A stretch of 49,456 nucleotides of DNA from Parasitella parasitica NRRL 2501 (taxonomy: Eukaryota > Fungi > Mucoromycota), in NCBI GenBank assembly GCA_025201805.1, contig MU619246.1, forward strand, positions 1 to 49,456. Direction: 5' to 3'. This document shows, in pieces, positions 1 through 11,104 of the stretch. The notes beneath the pieces are model-generated. The model saw only the letters and a list, made by a program, of their open reading frames with translations. It made no database searches and was not told where the DNA came from. The position numbers and the translations under genes are program-made. Every line of letters starts with the position of its first letter. The stretch's first letter is position 1.

Positions 1-82
1 CGTTAGGTTTGATAGTTGGAGAGGGCGAACTGGAAAGTCCAGGTCGCGATGAATTTGCTAAAGTACGGGTAGTGTTTACCAT
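1..82 (-). CDS. Possible 5' start of a gene running off the left edge (MVNTTRTLANSSRPGLSSSPSPTIKPN...)
   Basis: ATG at 82 on the minus strand is open to the window edge and Ser/Pro-rich; no recognisable domain. Confidence 0.3.
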   Translation of the reverse strand, partial: MVNTTRTLANSSRPGLSSSPSPTIKPN

Positions 83-611
83 GCGAAAGAAAGCCTAATC
101 GACATTTATATTTGTAGTAACCGACAACTTTTTTTCAACTACCGACACATTTTACAGGTATGATTGTACTGCATGATTCAGGATGGATTGCTTTGTCCAG
201 AATACTGTGTGCAAGCTGCGTGTGATTGTGACATGCACCAGAAATAGCTGAGCAAAACCGCAAAATATATATAGCATCAATGTTTTTTTTTTATCTAATA
301 ATGAAGCTAAAGCTTCCCAATGTCAAGTTAAACAGGCAGGTTGCAGTCATCCACATTGCCTTTGATTTATTATTTATCAAATGGCATTATTTCTTAATGT
401 CCTCTTCATGTGAATAATGTAGGCAGTCAACAAAAGGCGCATTGGTTCAAATACACTCGTACTACTTGCTCATTTTTTTTTTTTTTTTTAGACGACTTGG
501 CATGCACTCTGCCATACACTACTGATATGCTTGTTGATATTTTTATTTGTCACTCCTAGAAACGATCTATCACACAAAGAGAGCCGTCTGGTGTCAATAC
601 AATAGAAATTA

Positions 612-1310
612 CTAGTATTCATAGATTTTAGCAAATTTGAAATGCTTTTCATAATATTCAATCATCTAGCAAACGGCCTGTTAATTGAATCCAAAATGAT
701 GACTAAATAAATACCTTTTGTGGACACTTGGAATACACTTCAGTCGAGTGATGGACTGATTTGTATCCATTTTTCCTACTCGCGATAAATTAGTGCATGG
801 AAAATACGCAACTAAACGCAATGATTGCTACCAGTTAATGTAGACTAGAAGCCCGGGTATTTTTGATTTTTCGACGTATTCAATTGAATCGACTGCTGTT
901 TCCCAGTCGTATACAGATCTGGTATACTTGAAAACCTCTTTCTCAGAGGATAGTTTGGGCTTAGTTCGATCACTGTTGTTGAACTGTAAATTAGCTTTGT
1001 ATTTGTAGACTGCTGTAGGCCATTCTCTTGTATTTTACAGATTAATTATGGTTCAGTCCTCATCGTGTGGAGTCCTTACAGTAGCATTTTCTCCTCTCCT
1101 TCCCAGGTGTTTCCTTCATGATCGCATCCAATCCATTTTACGTAATACATTGTCTCGCCATCCTAGCCGAGAATAACAGATTAAAAGCAATAGCGGATAA
1201 TCTTTTCATTGATATACCTGTCCTTTTCTTTCTTTGATGATGTATTCTGGCAGATCTTCAATCATCTCAGTAACCACTTTAGCTCTTGAGAGAACCTTTG
1301 ATCTTTTTTT
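612..1310 (-). CDS. HP1/Swi6-like protein (chromodomain + chromoshadow domain); 5' end lost in the N-gap
   Basis: Hand-splicing four GT-AG introns gives ...EMIEDLPEYIIKERKGQ/DGETMYYVKWIGCDHEGNTWEGEEKML/LEWPTAVYKYK...DWETAVDSIEYVEKSKIPGLLVYINW/KNGYKSVHHSTEVYSKCPQK/MIEYYEKHFKFAKIYEY*. YYVKW..NTWE is the chromodomain motif and KCPQKMIEYYE is the chromoshadow motif. Confidence 0.85.
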
Positions 1311-1322
1311 TTTTTTTTTGTT

Positions 1323-2077
1323 NNNNNNNNNNNNNNNNNNNNNNNNNNNNNNNNNNNNNNNNNNNNNNNNNNNNNNNNNNNNNNNNNNNNNNNNNNNNNN
1401 NNNNNNNNNNNNNNNNNNNNNNNNNNNNNNNNNNNNNNNNNNNNNNNNNNNNNNNNNNNNNNNNNNNNNNNNNNNNNNNNNNNNNNNNNNNNNNNNNNNN
1501 NNNNNNNNNNNNNNNNNNNNNNNNNNNNNNNNNNNNNNNNNNNNNNNNNNNNNNNNNNNNNNNNNNNNNNNNNNNNNNNNNNNNNNNNNNNNNNNNNNNN
1601 NNNNNNNNNNNNNNNNNNNNNNNNNNNNNNNNNNNNNNNNNNNNNNNNNNNNNNNNNNNNNNNNNNNNNNNNNNNNNNNNNNNNNNNNNNNNNNNNNNNN
1701 NNNNNNNNNNNNNNNNNNNNNNNNNNNNNNNNNNNNNNNNNNNNNNNNNNNNNNNNNNNNNNNNNNNNNNNNNNNNNNNNNNNNNNNNNNNNNNNNNNNN
1801 NNNNNNNNNNNNNNNNNNNNNNNNNNNNNNNNNNNNNNNNNNNNNNNNNNNNNNNNNNNNNNNNNNNNNNNNNNNNNNNNNNNNNNNNNNNNNNNNNNNN
1901 NNNNNNNNNNNNNNNNNNNNNNNNNNNNNNNNNNNNNNNNNNNNNNNNNNNNNNNNNNNNNNNNNNNNNNNNNNNNNNNNNNNNNNNNNNNNNNNNNNNN
2001 NNNNNNNNNNNNNNNNNNNNNNNNNNNNNNNNNNNNNNNNNNNNNNNNNNNNNNNNNNNNNNNNNNNNNNNNNNNNN
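1323..2077. other. Assembly gap (N run)
   Basis: Run of N, preceded by a poly-T tract. Confidence 0.99.
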
Positions 2078-2292
2078 TGCTGTCTACATCCTTTTCATTT
2101 TCCCGTTGTACATTAAAAGAAAAAAATAAAAATAAAATAAAGACAGAGCATAGCTATTATGGCGTTGGTAGTACGTATAGGTACTAACCAACATCTAGTC
2201 TTTCTCCTGTTCGTGACGATGATTTGCACATTCGCAAAGACAACGCAGATTGTACATTGTGCTTTAGCTTTTAGCCTTTTTCGTAGACAAAC

Positions 2293-3554
2293 ATGGAGTT
2301 GCCACAGGTAGGTAAAAACTGCCAGCTGGAGGGTTGTAACTCGTTGGGTATGTTGCGTCGAGTTTATCCCACAGGACAAAAAAAAAGTTAATCAGCACTT
2401 GTATCTAGATTTCTTACCTGTTGCTTGTACCCTTTGTCTTGTCACATTCTGGTATGATGATGTAGATGGTTCCACTAGATAACAACTTATTGAGTCCTAT
2501 TTGTTTAGCGGTGACCATAGACTGCCTATGGATCATAACTGCTCTCAATGGACACACGGCAGCAGAGATTTGATACAATGCTCTGAATGTCAGCGTCTAA
2601 TTCAATCACCCAATTATGAAAAACTGAGCCCAGGACAGGCTGTAAGTCTGATAATAGCTATACCACTGTGGGCCTTTGTAACCATTTTTCACAGTTGGAA
2701 GACCACAAGAAGTCTAAATGTCTGCTTTATTTGCATCCTCCCCTCAACGACATGAAAAAATTAGATCGCCAGTGTACTGTCAAGGGTTGTCGAGACATCG
2801 ATCCTCGTGTTGGGCCTGTACAATGCAATGGCTGTGATCAGGGTTTCTGTTTAAAGTAACAAGTCGACTTTAGTCATGCAAATAACCTACTGATTTCCGT
2901 ATGGCTAGGCATAGATATCCTGCTTCTCATGGCTGCCAGTCGTTATGTGCAGATGAACAGCGGAAAATAGACAGGAAAATAGCAGCACAAGAAAAACTAG
3001 CAAAGACATTTGTTCCCCAACCGCCAAAAAAACGAAAAATCATTACAGCTGTGCCTGTCAAAAGCAAGAACGGCGGCATGGTAGAACTGATGAAAATCAA
3101 ATCACAAGCAAAGGGGAGCGTTTCTGTTCCAGCGTCATCCCGAATCTACATCTACATCCAGGGGCCTAAGGAATCAAAAGTTGAATTGCAATCTGCCTAT
3201 TTTGACAAAGTAAAAATTATGCCAAAATGATGTTTGCATGCTTTTTGACCTTCAAATTACTAGAAAAATTCGGTTGGCAAAGCACTAGATGTAATCGCAG
3301 ATATATGCAAGGTGACAAACAGAAACAATGCTATTTCTCCATCAGATCCAGAGGTAGGTTTGCATTTTATACAATGAAAACTTCGAGCCCTGATCACGTC
3401 ATGTATGTGTTAGCGATTGGAGCTATATAAATGCCCAGACATGGCAATATTGAACAAATCGGATCCCCTCGAAAAAGTTCTGAAAAACCTGGACACTGTG
3501 TTATTGGAACGCCAGGGATCATTATCCGTGGAAGAGGTAGACGAGGAGGAATGA
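2293..3554 (+). CDS. AN1-type zinc finger protein (ZFAND1/Cuz1-like), multi-exon
   Basis: MELPQVGKNCQLEGCNSL/DFLPVACTLCLVTFC/GDHRLPMDHNC is AN1 finger 1. CTVKGC...VQCNGCDQGFCLK/HRYPASHGC is AN1 finger 2. ELMKIKSQAKG...VP is followed by a ubiquitin-like C-terminus ending VEEVDEEE* (TGA 3552-3554). Confidence 0.85.
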
Positions 3555-3629
3555 ATAAAATCGAATAATGTAAAGAATCCAAGATGTAATCGCTTCTATA
3601 AAAAATCACTCCCTCCATATGGTTTATTT

Positions 3630-5393
3630 TCACTTTATCTTTACAACACTAACTGTCAGTTCGCCCTCACTTTCTTTGACCAGTGGCTCCAAAATGTTGA
3701 AACTTGCATCAATGACAGTATCCTCATCAGCATCAGGCCTAGTATGAACTTCAATGGTACCGATACACTTTCCATAGGCATTTTGCCAGAAATGAACCTT
3801 ATCTACAGAGATAACCATTGGGATTTGTTGAATTAATCGAATATGATGATCAATAGCTTGTGTCATGGAATCTGGCATAGTTTGTAACAAAACTTTGGCT
3901 AATGCTGTGGCTGCGGGGGCGCCTAAATACAGCATGAGCGACGCCTCTCCAAAGGATAAGAGCTTATCGATCGACGGTGTCGATAATCCAAAGAATTGGA
4001 AGAAAAATACCACCATTCCCGCACCTACAATGGACAATGAGTAAACATTTTTGACGAGTGCGTCAAAAGGAGAGCTTTGAATATTTTCAGGGTGCATTTC
4101 AGACGATCTTCTTGTTACTATTTTTGATCCACAGTTAGACCAAGGTCATATACAAGTATTTTGCAATGATTTCTTACAGTTTACCAAATTATCGTGATTC
4201 TTCAACTTGATATTGGATGTAAATGAGGCAGCAATGGCTACGAGCAGCATTAACAGTAACCCTAGCGGAAATCCACTAATCCCGGAATTAGCATTAATAT
4301 ACTATTATTTGATACGTTTATCCCCTTTAATTTTACATACCCAACACTATGATGATCACCGCCGTTACTGCCATGATGTTCCTCTAATAGTAAATGTTCC
4401 AACGATTCTTTGGTAGTATACATGGTTCCAAACAATAAAAAGATGGTATTTGCGAGCGCTGCTACGACTTCAAAACGCCTGACACTGTAAAAAAAAAAAA
4501 AAAAAAAAAAATCAACGCTGCACTTCACATCATGTATCACTAAAACTTACCCAAAAGGCCTTTTAGTGCTCATTGTCGTAAAAGCAGGGTTGAAATGAAG
4601 CACGCTGGATACAAAATTATTTAATGTGCCAAACGCATCAAACAAGACCAAATAAGAGAATCCAGTTATCGACAAACTTCCACGAGAGGCTCCTAACCAC
4701 CACAGGATAATACCAATAGAGAAATGGCCCACGAACCAAGTCAAAAGCGCCTTTTGAAAGGGAATCAGTGAAGCCAAAATTGAAGCATACGAAGGCAAGG
4801 GTTGGGTATAAACTTGAGGAAAGTTACTGTGTTGATGATGAGCATGTTTGTGGTCATGTCCATGACTTTGAGAATGGTGACAATGATCTTGGTGATCATG
4901 GTGGTCGTGGTGGTCGTGGTGGTCGTGGTGGTCGTGGTGGTCGTGGTGGTCGTGGTGGTCGTAATGATCATGTCCATGGTGGTTGTGTCCATGATGATTG
5001 TTTACATGGATTTCATGTCCATGGTGAGTTTCTGTGAAATGCTTATGATCCTCTTGAGGAAGATAAGGATTAGTTGCTGCAACAGTAACATCAGGCGTAT
5101 CGTGTTGATGGTCATGTTCCTGATGTGTCTAATAAAGTAGCGAACTAAATTAACCAAATATATATGATATCAAGTAGTAACCTTACGTGATAGATATGCT
5201 CTACTGCTGTAGTAGTGGGCATAAAAGAACGACTTACTGCAGTTGCAGTGGAATGCATTGGCGCATTACTTTGAATAGCTAATCCACTTCGAGGGAGAGC
5301 CTGCTTGTTTACTTGAAGACCATCAACAGTTTGCTGCTGATTCAGCAAAGGGGACTGGGGCCTCCTTTTCGTAAACTGTCTGGTTTGATGCAT
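3630..5393 (-). CDS. Cation diffusion facilitator, Zrg17/ZnT6 (SLC30A6)-like zinc transporter subunit with His-rich N-terminus
   Basis: SLSITGFSYLVLFDAFG, RPFG/VRRFEVVAALANTIFLLF...KESLEHLL, and C-terminal VLLQTMP...VHFWQNAYGKCIGTIEVH. The spliced frame reads HDH repeats N-terminally. Start inferred at MHQTRQ (5393). Confidence 0.85.
4900..4962. repeat. 7 perfect copies of 9-mer GGTGGTCGT (codes (DHH)n in the transporter)
   Basis: Counted directly in the sequence. Confidence 0.95.
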
Positions 5394-5569
5394 CACTCGG
5401 AACAAAGACGTGGCAGAAAGAAGAAAAAGAGCGTGATGAAAATTATTTGTTTTCAAGTATAAATAGACTCGGGGTTGAATCCAGGCACCACGAATAACTA
5501 AAGGGTTACAATCACTGACCTGAGTTTCTACAGTTTGAAGATTTTGTATTGATAGATTAAGCGTTTGTC

Positions 5570-6070
5570 AACCCCTCCCCAAACCTGAATTAGATACGGT
5601 TGCCCAAAAAAAAAAAAAGAGAAAGAGCAAAAGTGGAAAGAAAAGAGATGTAGCCCAGACTAACGACGACGAAGTAACTCAGGAGTTGATGTAAAACCAG
5701 TTTCAAAAGGTACAACAACTGCTCATTTTATTAAGGTTATCAATGAGCTCCTTAATATTATGGATGAGGATGAATCTTTAAAGGGCAGTTATTTATTGAT
5801 AGATAATGCTAGTATCCACAAGTCAAAGCCAAAAATTCGAAAATTAGAGGCCAGAGGTTATAAAGCAATGTATTTCGCCTCTCACTCGCCTGAGCTAAAT
5901 TCTATGGAACAGTTCTGGGCCTTATTGAAAGTAAAAATGAAGCGCCATCGTTTGATGAAAAAAGAGACATTATCTTTTAGAATTTATGATGCATGTAATG
6001 ACGTTCGGTTCAGTGATCTTTATGGCTTTTGCTTTTATTGCAAATATTAGACTATAAATGTGTTGAGCTT
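5570..6070 (+). mobile_element. Degenerate Tc1/mariner (IS630-like, DDE_3) transposase fragment
   Basis: KGTTTAHFIKVINELLNIMDEDESLKGSYLLIDNASIHKS...RGYKAMYFASHSPELNSMEQFWALLK matches the DNAxIH...SPELNPIE catalytic region. The 5' part is missing and no TIRs were seen. Confidence 0.85.
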
Positions 6071-6457
6071 TTCATTGAATAATATCATTTAACTTCAAAT
6101 ACGAATCAACTAAAGATTTGCAAAAACTAAAACATTATATGATTCTGTTAATTAAAATATGGTCAAACGCTATGAATTAAACCTGGTAGCCTTTTTCCTC
6201 CTATCATTTCGCCAAGATACTAGGTTACGATACGTTCACATCTGCTTTAGACATTAGTATACATTCAGGGCGAAAAAGATTTATATTAGGAAATGCCTCA
6301 TTGAATAGAATGGAAGAGAGTACAGTATGATATTACAATTTTTAACTTGTCAAATAAATACACTTTAAATAAATAAGCATTAGATCAAGAAGCTGCTGAA
6401 TGTGCATCTTGCGGAAAAAAGAGTATTATATAACAGAATATGAGGCGATATCCAATC

Positions 6458-6640
6458 TTAGATCCGATCAGGAGCGGTTGCCATGATAACTAAATTGAAT
6501 ATTATGGTAATCATGATTATTCTATGGATACAACACTTACCGCAATATTTTTTTTTTTTTTTTAAAAAAAAAGAATAACCAGACCAGAGCCAATTGCCAT
6601 GACAACTGAGTCGTAACTATGGAATTCTACGGATACAACA
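6458..6640 (+). repeat. Two degenerate units of a short dispersed repeat (inverted copy at 12680-12832)
   Basis: TTAGATCCGATC (6458-6469) and TATTCTATGGATACAAC (6518-6534) match, exactly and in reverse complement, 12730-12741 and 12680-12696. Confidence 0.75.
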
Positions 6641-6659
6641 TATACAATTGAAAACAGTA

Positions 6660-7130
6660 GAAGCTCATTTGTTTTGGAGTCTCACAGCCTTGCGGACCGA
6701 GATGGACCTCGCTGTTGTGTCAAAAGTCTGATAAGATAAATCTGCCAGAAAATTACACTTTCATTCATAATACACCGAGAGATGTATTATATGCACATCC
6801 ATTATTCTAAGGTTTTACTGTCTTCTGACAGCATAATGTAAATCACGACTACCCATAATCTACCCTGAGACCCTGGGATTGATCTGATGAGACTATGATG
6901 TGAGACCTCGCCGTGGTGATATAAAACTTCTGACCATATAATTACAAAAGATTCCACACAAAAGACTGTCTGTAGGGCTGCAGGATATGTCATCGTCAAG
7001 GCTTCTATCAAGCTTTTTACAAACTTGGAGTGAGTTTTTGGCTCGACGTAGTGGAATGCAGATCATCACAGTGAATGTATTTTCACAAGTTATCATACAT
7101 ATGACATATTTGCTCATAAAATTCTGCAAA
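6660..7130 (-). pseudogene. Possible decayed LINE reverse-transcriptase C-terminal (zf-RVT-like) remnant
   Basis: IIWSEVLYHHGEVSHHSLIRSIP resembles the RNIWxRLxHxKI..RSLLHxxIP pattern; a frameshifted WRFI-like motif lies near 6740; a minus-strand poly(A) lies at ~6548-6563. Very degraded. Confidence 0.3.
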
Positions 7131-8631
7131 AAGAACTGTAGTACCGCAATCTAACTTGGTAAACTTAGCGTAGACTTGACGCTATCTGGCAACAACATTT
7201 GTACACACCATGTTTTCACCGATATCTATCTCTGTTTCATGGATAAAAATGTAACTTAATTATTATATATTCTGAGCATAATTTTTATTCCATTGGGCGA
7301 TGTGTCTAATCAAAAGTTATGTACAAAAAAATAAATTTGATACATCACATTTGTATCTCTTCTCCACTTCACAAAAAATCCAAACAAGCACCACTAACTA
7401 TGTGGCGGCTGCATTTGGCATTGTCATTGAAAAGGTAAGGATGAAATTCAGTTATGTCTCCAAACAATGCTCCATGATGAGCACTTGTATGAGCAAGATA
7501 GCAAGAATGGCTATTTGGTTAAACTGAAGCATAGTCCTAATATTATGGAGAATGAATCCCGAGGCATGGGAATTATAGACTACTGGTTAGTGTACTTCCT
7601 CATTAGTGTACCGCTTTTAAGTAATTTTCGCCAACAAGAATTCATTTTTGGTTTTGGTGGATACATCAAGCCTAAGATTGTAAAGACAACGGTTTTAATT
7701 GAGCAAAGGTATAAGTTTTGAAATCAAAAATAACTTTTAACACCTGCTAGCGGATCACTTTCACACGGCAGGTGGTTTTTTAAACATGTATATAGAGCTG
7801 CTCTGTATCGCTTCGCAGCGCCCAGCATATTTAGCTGCCACAAGCCGTTTTGCTCAACGAAGCAAGGAATTTCAATCCATCAACACAGAAAGTTTAATGA
7901 TAATGGCCTCTTAGCAAATACTTATTCCTCTAATGATGATGCGATGTCTATATTACACCTTCACATCGCAATTATAGTGTATAAAAAAATAGTAGTTTTT
8001 GTTCATATCTTCTGTTAAAGATCAGATATACATATCATCATAGGGAATCAGCTTCATCTGATACATACCTTGTTCCCGTTGCATGCCATTACATAAACAG
8101 TTGGCTACAATAAACATCGAATTCCATAAAAAAAAAAAAAAAAAAAAAAACGCATACAAACGCCTAAACCTTTGCATAAAGAAAAAATCAAGCCATGTTT
8201 GATACTTGGATTATGCTTGCTTGATCTAGGCTAACAGAATATACTTTATTTCCACTGGTTGACGTATATAGCAAGATTTATCTGCAAAATCAACAATTTT
8301 TTGACTAAATATAGATTGGCATAAACTGAGGTATCGCATAAATTAAATAATAACTTCAAATTATTCAGTAACATTCTACAAAGATCACAATCATCTAAAA
8401 CAAGCTAATAAGGATTCAATGAAACGTAATCAATTAGCTTATCATGCCAAGAACAATTAGAAACAAATTCAACATTCGTTAACTTCACTCTTGTCCATAT
8501 CCTTGTTTCCGCTTAATTCTTGAGAGATAATCCATTATAATCATTTATCCTTTTGTATAAAAAGACGACATTTCCAATATCTTCATCTTATATTTTTTTT
8601 ATACTAGTTATTTCATAGATAACATATCAAC

Positions 8632-9366
8632 ATGCTGTTGCCTAATTTTGCTGCATCAGTCGCTGCTTCCTTCTCGCCACCTCCTGCTCGTAAAACGGGT
8701 CCTCCTCTCACTCTTAATACGGCTTCTTCGCCTTCCAATAAACCTGCTGCTGCTACTTCCCCAAGGTCTAACCGTAAACGCCCAGCTACACCTCGAAAGT
8801 TGACTAGTTGGCGTTCATCCCATTTTCAAAAATTTAGAAATCATAAGAAAAATATGTGCGTATGCAACAAAGCTTGAAATAAATGATTGTGTATTTTTTA
8901 CTTGAAATACAAGTTCTTTAAACAAAGTAAATCATGTTGAAAGTCGGGTAAAATAGCTTGAATCTCTTAAAATTGAACATAGTTCAACTGCTTCTTGCAT
9001 ATTTACGGTATAGTCGCATTATGGATTATTATTTTAGAAATAAATGACCAGAGGATGTTCCTGTCGTATGCTTAGGCGAGAGTAATTTTGGAGAACATTT
9101 TGCAGAAACCCACATGGATTGGCAAGGACCCTCAAAAGATTTTACATAAAGCTAAAAACCAAGGTCATTTTTTGCTTATAGATATTATTGAGCGCTATAC
9201 AGGCCAAGTATGTAGTGGTTGCGGGAAACTTGGGAGAAGCAAAGCATTTACCTTGTGCCCCGTCCTAGCCTGCGAAAATTGAGGACATGTATGGCAACGA
9301 GATGTGTTTCATGCTTTGGGTTTGATAAGTATTGATGATAATGAACGTCTCAAAGTATTCTATTAA
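8632..9366 (+). mobile_element. Internally deleted, frameshifted Fanzor (eukaryotic TnpB-like RuvC nuclease) remnant
   Basis: 9048-9306 reads PEDVPVVCLGESNFG...(frameshift)QKILHKAKNQGHFLLIDIIERYTGQVCSGCGK...VLACEN*GHVWQRDV. This parallels the Fanzor pattern PLVxFGDxxFG...IDExxTSxVCxxC...VLxCxxCxxxWxRD. The upstream ORF 8632-8877 plausibly supplies the N-terminus. Confidence 0.75.
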
Positions 9367-9662
9367 TCCGAGTACTAGAGTACACTTGAAAAAAAAGTGG
9401 GGTTTTGGCGCTCAATTATATCATTGTCTGTATTTTTTCTCATTTTCTTGAAACAAACAGTGAAGCTGGTGTAACGGTTTGTCGAGTGTACAGACCGTAT
9501 ACATACGCATGACTTTTTATCCGTGGCCAATTAGCAATGAAATGTAATTGTTATAAATCTCCTTTTTTTCCCTTTCCAAACAGTAAACCTTGATAGGAAT
9601 CTCCTTTCCTTAATTCTCTCTTTTTTCTGTTTTTAATCTTGGTCATTTTATCATATTTTAGA

Positions 9663-11104
9663 ATGAGTGAACAAAACTTATTATTCTCCCCTGATCTCAC
9701 CTTGAATTTGCTATCCAAAAGTTCGCCTTCTCAGCTGGAACCTTTCCAGTTTAAACGGTCGCGTACACAGCCTATTCCAACCGAGGCATTCTATACAACA
9801 CAAAAGTTAAGCTCAAGTAACACCCAAACCAATGGAGCATCTAGCAGCAATAATTTAAAATGTAATTATATGAAGAAATGGCTCATCATGCACAGTTTTG
9901 ACTGACTTTTCATATATATATATATTTTATAATAGCATCCAACTTATCACACGTTCCTTGCAAGTTTTATAAGCAAGGCACTTGCACCGCAGGAGCCAAT
10001 TGTACTTTTTCCCACAGCTCAGACCTGTCTTCAGAATCTGCTGTTTGCAAGTATTTTGTTAGAGGTAATTGCAAATTTGGTACAAAATGTGCATTATTGC
10101 ATACAATGTCTCCGTACGGCACAAGCGCTACAAGCAGTGGTGGTAGCAACAAAAGGATGATGGCAAGTACTCCTCCAAGCCTACCGTTTCCAAGAAGGAA
10201 AACCGCAGATCAGATGATGAGTTTTTCTCCATCCAACATCGATCACCGATCGTTTCTTCATGATCCCTTTGCCTCTTCAGCTCCTGCCGTCTCATTGCTC
10301 CATCTTCATGAACAGCAACAACAACTATGGCGCAATCAAAGTCGTACGACACTCAATCCTGATGTAATGGGGTTTCGCTCATCTCCTCGCGAGACAGCAC
10401 CAGACCCTCTTCTTGGGACATCACCGTTTAGCACTAGATTGTCATCGTCAATCAGTACTAATAACAACAATAATACTGGATCAATGCAAAGCCCACCTAT
10501 GCGCTATCAGCCAACTTCGTTCGGATCTATGGGACAAGATAATTATGATTTGAATGACGCTATGCTACCTTCATCATTGAACGATCTATTTACACCAAGT
10601 GAGCTGCAAGTTCGACGAGTAAGGCAGCAAGAACACTATCCTAGTAGTCAAGTTGAAAGCTGGTCAATGCGGGACTCCTTGGCATCTTCATTTGATCAAC
10701 GACAATGGCGAGTACCCTTCTTGACAAAATCACAACAGCAACAACAGCAACAGCAAATTCAGCAACGACTGCATTATAGTAGCTTGCCTCTTGACTATGA
10801 AGACAGGCTAATAGAAGGGACTTCGGCTATTAATATTCCTGGTGGCAATGTAAGCGGAAGTAGTCTAAGCAGCAATGATTATTTATTGCAGCAACAGAAT
10901 GATTTGCTTCAACAACAGGATGATGAAGTTCAATTCTTTATGGAAGATGATGAGGCTGTAACTTATGATACAACAACAATACCATCAACAACAACAACAA
11001 CAACAATAACAACAACAGATCACCAGACATTGGACATGACCAGTGCTCCCAGTAATAAAGCCTACACTAACTTTCCATCACTGATCAGTTTACCTAGTAC
11101 ATAA
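9663..11104 (+). CDS. Tandem CCCH zinc-finger protein (Lee1/Cps3-like), one intron
   Basis: Splicing gives NLSHVPCKFYKQGTCTAGANCTFSH...SAVCKYFVRGNCKFGTKCALLH, followed by a low-complexity region with LPSSLNDLFTPSE and DDEVQFFME motifs. Confidence 0.85.

Noticed and set aside
31-43. GGAAAGTCC resembling RNase P/MRP CR-I
   Set aside because: No matching CR-V or P4 partner was seen; better explained by chance or by the minus-strand ORF start.
1234-2187. ORFs spanning N-runs (also 37542-38408 and 37641-38186)
   Set aside because: Artefacts of translating assembly gaps.
4765-5140. Poly-Thr, poly-Val and RGG-repeat ORFs
   Set aside because: Alternative-frame or antisense readings of the 9-mer repeat encoding the His-rich tail.
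7741-7781. CACCTGC...GCAGGTG stem followed by a T-tract (terminator-like)
   Set aside because: Only ~7 bp, eukaryotic context, and no associated gene.
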